From: Tubulanus polymorphus
Lineage: Eukaryota > Animalia > Nemertea
NCBI RefSeq assembly: GCF_964204645.1
Contig: NC_134025.1
Span: 2,976,001 to 3,040,000, forward strand
Reading direction: 5' to 3'
DNA: 64,000 nt
Numbering within the stretch: the first letter of the stretch is position 1; each line of letters starts with the position of its first letter. Positions 13,081-25,270 of this stretch are shown piece by piece. The translations under genes and the position numbers were made by a program. The notes under the pieces were generated by a model that saw nothing but the letters and a program-made list of their open reading frames with translations, was not told the origin of the DNA and made no database searches.

Positions 13081-13168
13081 GTAGACTTGAACGCGTCTTT
13101 ACACTTGTGCTGAGAAGGCTTTTACCGTCAAAGAGTTACTGCGGTGATTTATAAGTTAGTGTGCAACC

Positions 13169-14671
13169 ATGCCGAGACATCGTCACAACAGTTCCAAGCA
13201 TCAAAACCACGTAAACCATGGTAAAAACAAGGTGGGCAACAACAACAACCACGTGAATAATGGCAATGGCGTTGTAGGTGAACATGTCGCTGCTCGTCAA
13301 CAACAAGATGATGTAGATCAGCAGCAACAGCAGCAGCAGCAGCAGCATGATGTTGAGAATAGAGATCCACGTTTGAATGGTCACGTCGAACTGGTCGAAT
13401 GTTGCGCTCCGCCGCATTGCGACCTGCAGGAACATATCAATGTTAACGAACCAGAAGATGCTGTCCGTATAGTGTGTAACAATGACAAGTGTACAGTAGG
13501 TCGTTGGATGCACCGTGCTTGTTTCGAAGAATGGGAACAATCAGTTCTGGCTTACCTTCGTTCGTGTGGTCGAGCTCGAAGTTGGAGCGAGAAGCAACGA
13601 CTGCAAAATCTGTGGACCAAAAAAGGCTACGACCTCGCGTACAAGGCGTGCGATTGTAAGTGCGGTCGCGGTCACCTTCGTAAAGATTTGGACTACATTC
13701 CACCGACTCCGACCCAGTTGGCGGCCGCCGGAAACGACAAGGGTAAGAAACGTAACAAGAAACGTAACGAAAAACCGATGCCGGTGATGAGTAACAACCC
13801 GCGTCACTCGTCAAACCCTCAGATCGTACCGATACAGAGAGACCGGTCAAACTCAAACCCGCATCAACACAACGAATACCAGCGAGTTCGTCATTTGAGC
13901 TTAACCAGTACCGGTTCGAGTCCGCCGAGTTCGGCCAGCGAATCCGGCTCGAAATCTCCGGAAGACACGACTCCTCCGAGTACGCCGTGTACTCCGATCG
14001 TCGGAGTCAAAGCTAAATTCGACTTCTTCAACGACGTAACGCAGGCGATGACCGGTAACATATTCAAGAAACGCAAAGATTTCTCGTCGTTCGGCATCTT
14101 ACCGAGACAGAAACGCAACCCGTACCACATCAAGATGGAAGATGATGGACCTCACGGCAACGACGATACCAGGTGTTTCATCCTGTCGCATTTGAGCACC
14201 TATAAAGCGACGTCGGTCGGTTGCGTCCTCTGCAAACACAAGATGAACGTCTACGACAAGTATCCGCTAATCGACGGCACGTTTTTCCTGTCGCCGGTCG
14301 CCTATACAGATTCAGCCTACGCTATCATGTCCGACGGAAAACTGCAGTTTTTACAGGCAGCATGTATGCAGTGTTTAGAAGGTGGGATGGCGGTGTTCTG
14401 CAACCAGTGCAAACGTCGTTGGGACGGCAGTACCCTGATCCTCGGTACGATGTACTCGTACGACATATTTGCAGCGACTCCGTGTTGCCAAAAGCGTCTT
14501 TCATGTAAGAGCTGTAATAATATGATACTAGGACCGCTAGGCGGGTACCAGTATTATAGCGAATATAGCCACGTTATACAATGTCCTTCCTGTAAAGTCG
14601 AGGATTATCATTTCGTCAAGCCGTTAATCGAGCAGTTCTTCATTCATCCGACTGCATCTATATGCAAATGA
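13169..14671 (+). CDS. HECA: Headcase protein homolog, 500 aa, single coding exon
   Basis: The ORF has the headcase N-terminal Cys-rich block (CNNDKCTVGRWMHRACFEEWEQSVLAYLRSCGRARSWSEKQRLQNLWTKKGYDLAYKACDCKCGRGHLRKDLDY). It also has the middle/C-terminal block (NPYHIKMEDDGPHGNDDTRCFIL...YDKYPLIDGTFFLSP...WDGSTLILGTMYSYDIFAATPCC...CPSCKVEDYHFVK). Confidence 0.97.
   Translation: MPRHRHNSSKHQNHVNHGKNKVGNNNNHVNNGNGVVGEHVAARQQQDDVDQQQQQQQQQHDVENRDPRLNGHVELVECCAPPHCDLQEHINVNEPEDAVRIVCNNDKCTVGRWMHRACFEEWEQSVLAYLRSCGRARSWSEKQRLQNLWTKKGYDLAYKACDCKCGRGHLRKDLDYIPPTPTQLAAAGNDKGKKRNKKRNEKPMPVMSNNPRHSSNPQIVPIQRDRSNSNPHQHNEYQRVRHLSLTSTGSSPPSSASESGSKSPEDTTPPSTPCTPIVGVKAKFDFFNDVTQAMTGNIFKKRKDFSSFGILPRQKRNPYHIKMEDDGPHGNDDTRCFILSHLSTYKATSVGCVLCKHKMNVYDKYPLIDGTFFLSPVAYTDSAYAIMSDGKLQFLQAACMQCLEGGMAVFCNQCKRRWDGSTLILGTMYSYDIFAATPCCQKRLSCKSCNNMILGPLGGYQYYSEYSHVIQCPSCKVEDYHFVKPLIEQFFIHPTASICK
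13319..13345 (+). repeat. Coding (CAG/CAA)9 repeat giving a polyQ tract in the headcase N-terminus
   Basis: CAGCAGCAACAGCAGCAGCAGCAGCAG lies within an N/H/Q-rich low-complexity N-terminus. Confidence 0.9.
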
Positions 14672-17600
14672 AAATGGCGACATTTCTAGTGAATAAATAC
14701 GCTGTATATAGATATAAACATTGATGTGATATATTATAAACCGAAACGTTTTATATATATATATTCTACCCGGTGATATACTTTCAAGTTGCAGCATTTT
14801 TGTATAATCTTCGTACCTATGAATATTATATGTATCGTTGTGGTGACTGAGTGATGAACAAGTTCTGTCTCAAAAACTATGAATACGAGCTTTTGTTTCC
14901 TGAGGTGCGTGAAAAGTGTTTCATCTTGTTTTCAACTGCGCGAAGAAATAGAGACTTTGGAGAGAATTTTGTGGTATGGTGTCTGGTTCAAGTTTTGGTG
15001 GTGAGTATGTAATGAGTGATCTGCACTCTACTGTACCCTTATCGAATAAGACTTGAATCTTTAGTATAAACAGTAAATGTCAAGGCCATTTGAAAGAGCG
15101 CTATCTCGTTTTATATGCTACACGCAGTTTCCATACATAATACATATTTTCATTGCTTCGTCTTGAAATTGATGTAAAATGCTGAGGATTCAAACCTCCC
15201 CACAGTTACAGCATTTAATACTAAGTAATGTGCTATATTTCTTTCACATCGTTTGATCTGATTTAAAACCTTTTTTTTTTTAAATATTATAGATAAGTGT
15301 GTCCATGTGGTGTCGCAAATTGTAAATTTGTCGTTACTTTTTCGTTGTGTTCAAATATATTCGTATGGGAAACAGTATATAAACAACATAATAATGTATT
15401 CGTGTATCTATAATCAGATATATCATAATACGTATGATGGACTAAGCCTAATCATAACTTTGGCAGCTTAATTGTCGTTTAGTAATACATGTAATGTAGT
15501 TAAATAGCACATCATATTATGTGTGTGTAATAACAGCTAAAAATATGAGAAATTGAGTGATTGGAAATTGCTATTGATCTTAACTGAATGCTTGGGTTCG
15601 TGATATTAGATTCTAGGACCACAATTCTGATCAGAAATAGGAGAAATCTTCAAACTAATTAGGCTACATATTAACATGATCTGAGCAATGTTTTGAATAA
15701 GACGAGTGTAAGTCATTGTGCTTTGTGATATTTTATACTTCGATACCGGTATCTACTTCAGTTTTGTTTCTAATCCTATATTTTCTCGTCAATCATCAGG
15801 AAAATTGTTCCAAAATTGTGCTAGTTAAATTGTGATATAGACGTGTATATTGAAATATCGATAACACGGTGCATCTGGCGGAGTATTTGATGAGATGAAA
15901 ACGTATCTTCCCGAAATATTGCACTCCACGAAATACGCTTTTTCTTGACATTTATTGATTGATTGTAAGGGTCAAAATTAGGGAAAATTCATCTACGATC
16001 TCATTAACGTATATATGGCCAGTATCGCGCTTTAATCTGTAAATACTTGTAATATATGATCACATTTAAACCGATGGTAAATCGTATTTTTCACGATTAT
16101 TCGCTCTAATCACATTAGACGCTTAAAAAATTAATGTTACAGCATTAGACGGTTACTATTCATACTGGCGCTTGCAGGAAAATCGATCCAACCAGCAGTC
16201 TGATATATCAGATCCATGTTGAACTGCACGTATGCACCACAGCATGTTGTTGTTCTGCTGCTTGCAATGTAGTTCAAGGGTAAAGACTAGTTTTTTGGCT
16301 TCATTGTGGCATTTGCTATATATATATGCGAACTGTGAACATTTCCTCTACGACTTTTCAATGGTTCCTTTATGATTTCAAAAGTGCAACTAATCTTAGC
16401 ATACCGAATTCCACATATTTCAGGCAGGCCTATTACAGTAGGCATGTTAGAATAATGTTAAGAATTTACTTTCAATTTCTGGCTCTAAATTCACCAATCA
16501 CTTTCAAATTTGTTATAATTTTGTTGAGTGTATCATTCATACAAGTGACAGGTTTATGATACGACTGCTTACTAAAATAAAAAAGAATAAATAATTAGGT
16601 GCTTATTGGAAAAAAAAACTAAGGTGCTTCTTTTAGGCCCAGGATGTTTGGTGCTATAATAGTATACATAGGTTTGGAAGTATGTGTCGTCAATGTGGTG
16701 GTACATGTACTTTTTCTTATGAACTCAGAATCGAATTACATGTAATTCAAATCTCTACCATGTCCTGATATGAATTACCTTATTAATTAAACAATTTCAG
16801 CTAATTAATCTCGACCTAGAAACTAGTCTACTAGTGAGTCAGCAGACAATGTTCGCTGTCGACTTTTTATGAAGGAATGTCCTACATTTTTTACCCTAGA
16901 TCTTTTATCTGCCGGCTGCGGTATTGATTTTCATTGCAGCCAGCGAGTAAACAATCCGGGTTCATTCAGAGGTGAATAACATCATAAACAATAAAACATT
17001 TAAAGATAGATTTCTACAGAAATAGAATAATTTTATATTTATGTTCTATGTGTCCTATTTTTTAGATTCATTTGTGCAGACACATACCGCTTGGTATTGT
17101 AAATCTTTTTACTTTTCTTCACATGTATATCAACATGTATATTTGGAATACATGATTTGTAAGTTCACTGAAATCCCAAATGCAACAGAAATTCTAGATG
17201 TAGAGCACAATGCTGTAGAATGTAAGTCGCGTCCCTATTTACAGTGATGTAGGCGTATATGACGTCAAATTATCGGCTATATCGATCATGTTCTGTTAGT
17301 CAGGTCGTATATGTGTCAATTTCTGTCGCGTGGCAAGGTGAAAAATGAATCTTTTGAATTCATAATTTGTTTTATATATAGATTCTTTTATCCCGATTGA
17401 TCCTACGTCAAGTTTATCGATTCTGATGGTGACAAAACAAATTTCTGCTATACTTAATGTGCTATCAGTATTAAATTTCATCGAACTATGCCTAAAACCC
17501 CGCTATCGGACCAAAAAAGAGAATTCGAGTTTCGTGTATCTTGATAAAAATGTCTTCTATCTGGTCTATTCGAAAAACAGCTGATTCTACATGATTAATT

Positions 17601-18740
17601 TAACGGTACTGGTTGTCATGGTAATGTAGAGCAAAAGCTCAACTGCAGCTTGCAGATAGGATCAAGGTGTTCTTATATGCGTAACACTGTATATCTATAT
17701 GTATTAATTAATATTCAGATGTAATATTTATCCCACATAGATCATTAGCAAGGTGTCTAGTGTGTGTATCGATCATACGATAGATGTCATGTAATATTTT
17801 TTGGTTAATTAATCCTGTCTAGTTATAATGTCGTATTGTCAAAATTGATGAAATCTGGTTTTATTTTTGATAGTCAGTTCATATTGATCTGTTGTGATTG
17901 TACTTTCTACGTGATCGTCATCTTTTAACTCGGAGAACCGATGCCTATATAAGATTTCCAGATGCATATCCGGTTTAACCTGTGGTAAATGATTGTATAA
18001 ATTCCCCCATTTTCACTCTAGTTCATTATAAGCGATGCAGTATTTTAACAGTTACAGTATCGGTATTTGAAGAGAGTTGAAATATTCATAGAAATGTAAA
18101 CTCTGGTTTACGTTTTCCATGAAATATTTAATAAATGTGCTTATCATACATGTAGCAGTTCTTGAACTGCATTTGCCATTTTTCTCGTAAATGTGCTTTA
18201 AAACTGCTTGGTTAAATGTGCTACAATATATTATCATAGCCTTATCACATCACACATCATTGTACATGCTGTAATTGTACCTAGAGTCCATAGTTTCATG
18301 TATCAAAATATTCCTAATCTGTCTCCAAAAAAAAACCTAAAAAAAGGGCATTATACCTTGTTGTAAATAGGTAACGTGTTAGAGAAAGGTATTTTTATTT
18401 ATTTTTTTGTGTTTTGTACCTGGATCGAGTATATCCAGTTTAAAGTTAGGTTTGGTTTCAAACCTTCGAATAATATGATTATTCAAAGGTTTAGATAGTC
18501 TTGTCTAGTGAGGCGAGACTGGAAGCAGACATTTTGGTATGGGATAGGTGCGCACACATCTCTTCGTCTTTCTCTACCAATACTTTGTACTCCGAAGAGA
18601 GATTTATTTTCGTTCACTATTAAAATCACTTGTACTTGTACATGAATTTCATGTTATGAGAAAGTTGAAAGACTTCTGTACTATATTTCTATCTTGAAGA
18701 TGAAATTTAGAATAAAAATGCATATATTGTATATAAATCG
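14672..18740 (+). promoter_or_regulatory. Probable long (~4 kb) headcase 3'UTR with proximal and distal poly(A) signals
   Basis: No convincing exons; T/TG-rich plus strand with many TGTA motifs. AATAAA at 14692-14697 and 18711-18716, the latter followed by T/GT-rich downstream sequence. Pumilio-type TGTANATA at 14703, 16038 and 18362. Confidence 0.55.
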
Positions 18741-21700
18741 ATGAAAATCTTTTTTGTTCAGAATTTTATGTATTTTATCGTGGTTGGCCTGGTGCAGTTT
18801 TCGACTTACGGTGTATGGAAACAACATGTTGTGTAGTCCCAAGTCTGTGTCTTGCGGTCCACAGCTTGACTTCGCATGAATTCGTCAAAAAAGCCAGCTC
18901 CATATAACTGAAGCAACCACTAAACCAACAAAGACCTTTGCTTTATACAGGAGAGTTGGCTGGTTGCCTGTCTTTACTTTTGATTCTATGCCACCTGCAT
19001 TCGTAGTCAGGTTATTCAGGAGAGGAGAGGAATTTGTTGGATACTCAAATCAGCCTCACTTACCAGGGGAGACTCCTCACACTATTTTCCTTCATAAGTG
19101 GACCACTGCTACCAAAATAGATGTGATTTAGGACAACAGAAGTTCCTGGAGTATTATTCCGAAAATGTGGATCAAAATTCATCCGGTTTTGTTCAGTACA
19201 TCGGTATTGACGATATGTAAATATAGACAGAGGGACTTGTCATTTATAAACAGCCCTGGATGATAGCTACTCGTTGATCCCTGGGAATAGGTGAAAAAAG
19301 TGTAATATAGTATTATCACTGACGGCTGTCTATGTGAAGTTAAATCCCCCAAACCACAACACGGATAAGATACTACAGCGTACCAACATTTTCTTTTTTT
19401 CTGAGAAAATTCCCCGACTTTATGATACAACACGTTATCGTATGGAAATTGATGCCAAGAAAACAATATATTTCTAGATGCCTAAGAAAACAGTGAAGCT
19501 CCTTGTTTACAACTTGATAAGTTCGACTTCTACCGTTCTCCTACATTATACATGTAGTACGGGTATTGAGACTGGAGTAAAGGATTCCAATTTAGTAATG
19601 CCATTGGCAAATGCCACGTTTCACCATCTATATTACTTAGTACTGTACTGATACTACGCATTTTAGTCACAAAACGGAAACGGATGACACATTGATGAAT
19701 TGATATCCGGTTTAAAGACCAAGGCCATTCTGATAGATTGTAGACTCAAACATTTGAACATATATTGCGTTACCAATACGAATCATATCCGTGGATTTTT
19801 TTATATGACAAGAATATCAAGGAAGTAAATTTCAGCTGCAGAGTCAGCCCCAGAAATAATAGAATGAAGCGCAATCCCTGGATTAAAAAGACAAACAGTT
19901 TAACAATACACGATAAAGTACTTTATTCAGAATATCCTTTATCCTCTTTCAGTTGAATACATTCAAATGAGTTCGGAATTTCATTACAAGAACAAGCGAA
20001 ATTTTCTCTTGTTTTGCGAACACACACCCGAAAAGAAGTATAACTTAAAATCAATGCAAAGTTAAATCTAACTTGAATGCATCTATTGTCTCATATGATG
20101 AAAAAACCTCCCGGTAGTTGATAAAGTACACGAGGACCTTTATTCATTTGTTCTTTATAAGGACAAAGTCGTTTATTATTAAGCCTGTCTCTTGCTAATT
20201 AAATCAAACAGTAGAGTGCACATGAACTATTTAGAGATAGCGGCGAATAATGGAGCTTACTGATTAATCTCAAGGGTAAAATGTTGATAAAAGTGCGCAC
20301 CATCTTCTGAAAAAACAAAAAGGTACATTGTCCAATTCATTCAGCTAAACCCCTATGTGATTCTACGATATCAGCAAATATTATTCTGACGAGGGTGTGT
20401 AAAAACATTCTGAAATATTCAATCAAAGCAAGTTTTACACATTTTGATTCCACACGAAACTTAAATCCGTATCAAAAAGGGCGGAGGTGACATATTTTCT
20501 GTGAGCTATGCGTCATAAGCTCAGCCTGTCTCCCCGGCATGTTGCATAATCATCTGACTCAACAAGAGAGGAGACTGCAGAATGATTCATTGATAACTCA
20601 CGAGCAAGCTGCTCGCAAATAAAAAAAAAGAAGCTATACGCTCGACATCAGAAAACGACTCAGGATAAACATGATGTCAGTAAGATGTAATAACTAGCAA
20701 CCAACACGTGTGCCTGCCGTAATCCGTATTTTTAGTACTGAGGCAATCAATGCAGATTAGAGATTCAGTCCGAATTTAGAAATGATCATCAATAGCAAGT
20801 CTTACACTAAACTGTTTAAAAACTACTGAATATTTTCTCCGCTTATTTGATGACCAGACAAAGTGTCGATATATGTCGTGCCTGAACATATTACACGTAA
20901 TTTCAAAGAAAAGTCAGACATCGGCCAAATTAGCGTACTTACAAATGAAATAGAATCATATTTCTGCTCCCATTAATTCGAAGTACTGGAATTTTCTGAG
21001 AATTTGGAAGTTGAATACTTTTCCGGGGAGGATTCTTAGAAAGATGACAGTAGTGAAATAAGATCATATCACCAGGGTACCTCGAGGCGCGTCGCTGTTT
21101 ACAACGTATATTCAGCCACGACGGTAGAACAGTAAAAACAATACAGTGTTGTTGTATAATCCTTCTTATCAACTTAATTTTACTTGTGAAAATCTCAAAT
21201 TCAAAATAATCATCAAATCTATTCATTATAGTAATATATTTCATTCTAATAAGATATGATATAATATCACGATTCTATCCACAAAATTCAAAATACATAT
21301 ATTAATATACACGTATACGTAAAAGCCTATTTTCGTGCTTTAACTGCATGGATATAATTTTTCTATTTTCAGCTATGAGAATCAATACACGATCAAAGGC
21401 ATCTTAAGATCAATCAGGTCATCATCAAATAGCAGTGGGATCAATGAAACAAATGTGACATTAAACAAGGCAGGACGATGGAATGGATGAAAACACGCCA
21501 ATATTGACTCAATTCTCAGAATCAGTGCTGTCATCTGCTTTCAGGTGTACACCGCCAACCGGATATAAACAATTTCATTTTCCGGGAAAAATCTTCTTTT
21601 TCACAGGGGAATATTTTGATTATTATGAAGAAGCTGCGGGCATCCAGGCAACGGGAAAAATATTCTGTATTTGGAATGTAAAAAAATCTAAATTGCCAAA

Positions 21701-22262
21701 AGATATTATTAATCTGAAAAAAAAACAAACAGTTTTAAAGGCACTCGCTCTAATACAATATATTTGTAGATATTTTCCAGGAAATTTTGATACGACGAGT
21801 TATTGATATATGTCCCGCTGGGGTTTTATGTGTTTTGAATAGCAAATTTCTACAATCCTGTACGGAATCGATATACATCGGTGGGGGTTGAATAGAATCT
21901 ACATAAACATCGGAGAGTCACCGACACAATTCGCAGAAGTCCCAGGGTTACACATACTCTAAAGCACGGAACAGGGAGGAAAAGGGAACTACTGTAAACA
22001 TGAGTTTCGAGAAAACACTGAATGAGTGGCCGACACATGTTTGATGGAATAAACCCACCCTTTATCCGGTATCAAAAAATAAATGAATATTGAATGATAT
22101 CCAATAATTGGATAAGTCACTATTACATCCTTTTAAATCAATAATTCAATAGAAATTACTTTTTTATCACCCTGGAAAACGTAGGGACAGATGTAGATAA
22201 TTGAACATGTATGACCCTGTTACAATTGAACAGAAATTAAACGTATTACAGAGTAGTGTATG

Positions 22263-22280
22263 TATATATATATATATATA
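22263..22280. repeat. (TA)n microsatellite
   Basis: TATATATATATATATATA run. Confidence 0.9.
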
Positions 22281-24599
22281 GTAGTCATCAATTTGAATAC
22301 AATGTTGAAAGGGGCCACGATATATAGTCTAAACTAAGCCATCATCATTACAGCAATTTTGATAATATATATATACATATAACAAAGGCGGTGTGGTAAA
22401 AGACTATTAGACTATTCAAATATTGTCTGTGTCCGATCTGTACATTTGATATATTTGCCTATTATCAATACAACATATTATGAATATCGCTGATGAAATG
22501 TTTTTCCTCAATCAGAAGGTTAGAAATCACCATGAAGCTAATAATCACTGCAAGATAACTCGATGTGTTATTCGTTTTTTTATTCGCGGGCAATATTAAT
22601 TCTTCACTGGAAGCAATGTTGACGTAGGATTTCCGGTGTTTTGATAATGCTTCATGAAGTAAGGTAATGTTATTTCGAGGGATTGGGGGTCAGCATGGAA
22701 AGTGATGATGCAACCGAATGAACCCTAATCCGAACATATCTCTAGATTATCCAAAGTGTTTAGGTTTTTGCGTCAGTACATTAGATAATCATCACGAAAA
22801 ACCTGCATACATCGCGAAAAAATTACCATGTTGCATCAGCTTGTTCAACGCATTTATGTTGTGTAAATTGTGACACCTGGTTTTCTGGATAAGCCCCTAG
22901 ACTAATGTATATCTTCATATCCTGTGACATAAAACCCTGGACTAGCAGCTGTTGCATCGCTTCTACGTATATACATGTACAATCAATTGAATTTTTGAGT
23001 TCGTACATTATATCCGAACATCCCATATGACTAAAACAATATAGTGTACTATATATGGTTATCAGATTGGACAATTAAAAGTACTCATTATATACATTGA
23101 TCTGAATTGGTACATTCTGACATTTCTTAACATTTCACCTTGTAGTAGAATGTCGAGAAACACGCTACCGACATCATCCGGATATTTATTGAATTTCTAT
23201 TCCAAATGATTTAGATTCGACTTCTTCATACTGTAGGAGTCACTGAATTGTTGAAATTGACAAAAATGGTTTGTCTTCACGTGCGAGAGCCATGACTATG
23301 TTTATTTAAATGGAGCCATATTACGTAACTGTTGCTGAAAAAACGATCAATCAAGTGCATGTTACATGAAATGAAAAAGGACAAGTTACAATGAAATCCA
23401 ATATCGATATAGTTTCATGTCAGTGAACCTACATCTAGGGTTAAGCAATAACCTTCAGAATTTTACCAATGCTAATCATGGTTTGACAAGAAAAAGATAA
23501 TATACATGTATCGGATTGGCTCAATATGTCTATTTATGTACATTTATACATTTCATTTGAAGTCATTCTCATATGTAGATGTGAAACTATTTGACAATTT
23601 TAACCTGTCTAACTGAAAATGCCACACCAATATCTGTGGAACATCAAAGATAACTAAGTACCCGCCCGCGGTCATCATCAACCACGATTACTGTCTCCTA
23701 CGCTTTCATACTTCACGTCACAAATTACGCATGCATCAATTGAGTTCACAGAAGAAAATTGGTCTGGTATTATCTATAAAAGATTGTCTGTCTAGTCTGC
23801 GAGCAGTACCGAACAAAAAAACCCCATAAACACAGCATGCGTTGTCGATCGCTCCTTTTTAAATTAATATTGAATAATTGATTGAAAATGTTCTTACAAA
23901 GATCTAAAAATGATTATGTAATGCAATGTAAATGGTTCATGTTGATCAGTGTTGCTGTCATACTCGCGCTGATTATCGCGTGGGTGTTTTCTTTTTTTAC
24001 ATAACTCCGAGGAAAATTGTTTTCAGTGTTACAAACGCCGAGAGGATGCCGTACATTAACAATCACTGGACTCCTTGGAAAATTACACTAGAAATCAGAC
24101 TAAGGCGATTATTTAGGAGAAATAAGCTTTTCTCAGAATTTCCTCGAGGATACCGGTTCTGGTAGAACTCGAAATGGCAAACTGAAGTACGGTACCGCTT
24201 GAAAACGCAAAATGTCACGCACTGAAGAGTTGTTTGTTGTTCATGACCGAGGCAGATGTCCTAGGATGTCCATCCACCAGCCTTAGAAACTGATGACAAG
24301 GCATCAAGATGGGGCCAGCAGCTTCCAACACTTTAAAATTCCTCGGGGTTGATACTAAGTCATCCAGTTCATTGTAAGTTCATCATATGCTTATGAAAAG
24401 TTGATAACTGTCAACAAGGATTCAATCATGTTTCCAAGGAATTGTTTCATCAGAAAAAGCGAATGGAAAGTTCTACAATGTAAAGAATGTATTTCAATTC
24501 CCCCTCGACAAAATACTACGCTATCTGAAAAGAACATATTCCAGTCCATCCTCAGCTAATTTTAGATATATAGATCTATTTATATATCGAGTTGCGTCG

Positions 24600-25270
24600 A
24601 GTTGTGTGTAGAATAGGTTCTTGTCCAACCTTGGAATAGTTTTTTTACCCGTGTTTTAAGGATAAGACGATCTTTTTTCATAAGAAAACACACAAAAAAC
24701 TGAAATATTTCGAAAGAGACAATGAGTTGATGAAAGTGCGTGTCAACCCTGAGAATACAATAAACCTCACTCCCACACCTCACATCTTTTTTGAGTCATC
24801 GAATGCACTTTAAGATCTTGTTTTTCTCTTCTCAGTGATCATGACCTTGTCGTCATAAAAGTACACACGGATCTGATTGACGATGTCATTATGGATGGCA
24901 TACGAATGACACACGTTCTGAAGTCCCTGCGGTGGTTATTTCAAGTATAGCTCGAGCTAAGGTGTTTTGAAATGTAAACAGATCTTCAGAGTTCAATGCT
25001 GGGGTCACATATCGAAAATCAAACATGCAGACTTGTTTTTTAAGACAACTTGTTTTTCCCGATTCAAGGTGCTAGCAACCTCTGATTCACCCCACTTCGC
25101 GATTGATTTTTGCACCAAACAGTCCTCGATACGGTTCATCGACCTTTACCGCAAACTCAACAATGCCTTTCCTATTTAGCTGTCCGTCCATGCAACTTTG
25201 AGACATTTTTTGAATATTTTTCATGCCATTTAAGCAAAGGGCCGAAGAGGACATCTTCCATTTTTACTCA
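24600..25270 (-). mobile_element. Degraded coding relic, possibly a DNA-transposase fragment
   Basis: Minus-strand frames with scattered stops and frameshifts read MEDVLFGPLLKWHEKYSK..., NDIVNQIRVYFYDDKVMITEKRK, TQKR and HQLIVSFEIF. These loosely recall the N-terminal FYxDD / QKR / ISxxxF blocks of some invertebrate DDE transposases. Family uncertain. Confidence 0.25.

Noticed and set aside
13136-14508. Several antisense and alternate-frame ORFs overlapping headcase
   Set aside because: They are shadow ORFs from the GC-richer coding sequence and the CAG repeat, with no independent protein features.
14669-14692. Stop-codon readthrough as in Drosophila hdc; a small AAATG-GCGA-CATTT hairpin follows the TGA
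   Set aside because: The next in-frame stops (TAG TGA) come only 5 codons later, the context is TGA-A rather than the leaky TGA-C, and the stem is only 5 bp.
22600-23230. Minus-strand fragments vaguely like a death domain
   Set aside because: Interrupted by stops with no consistent frame or splice path; the resemblance is subjective.
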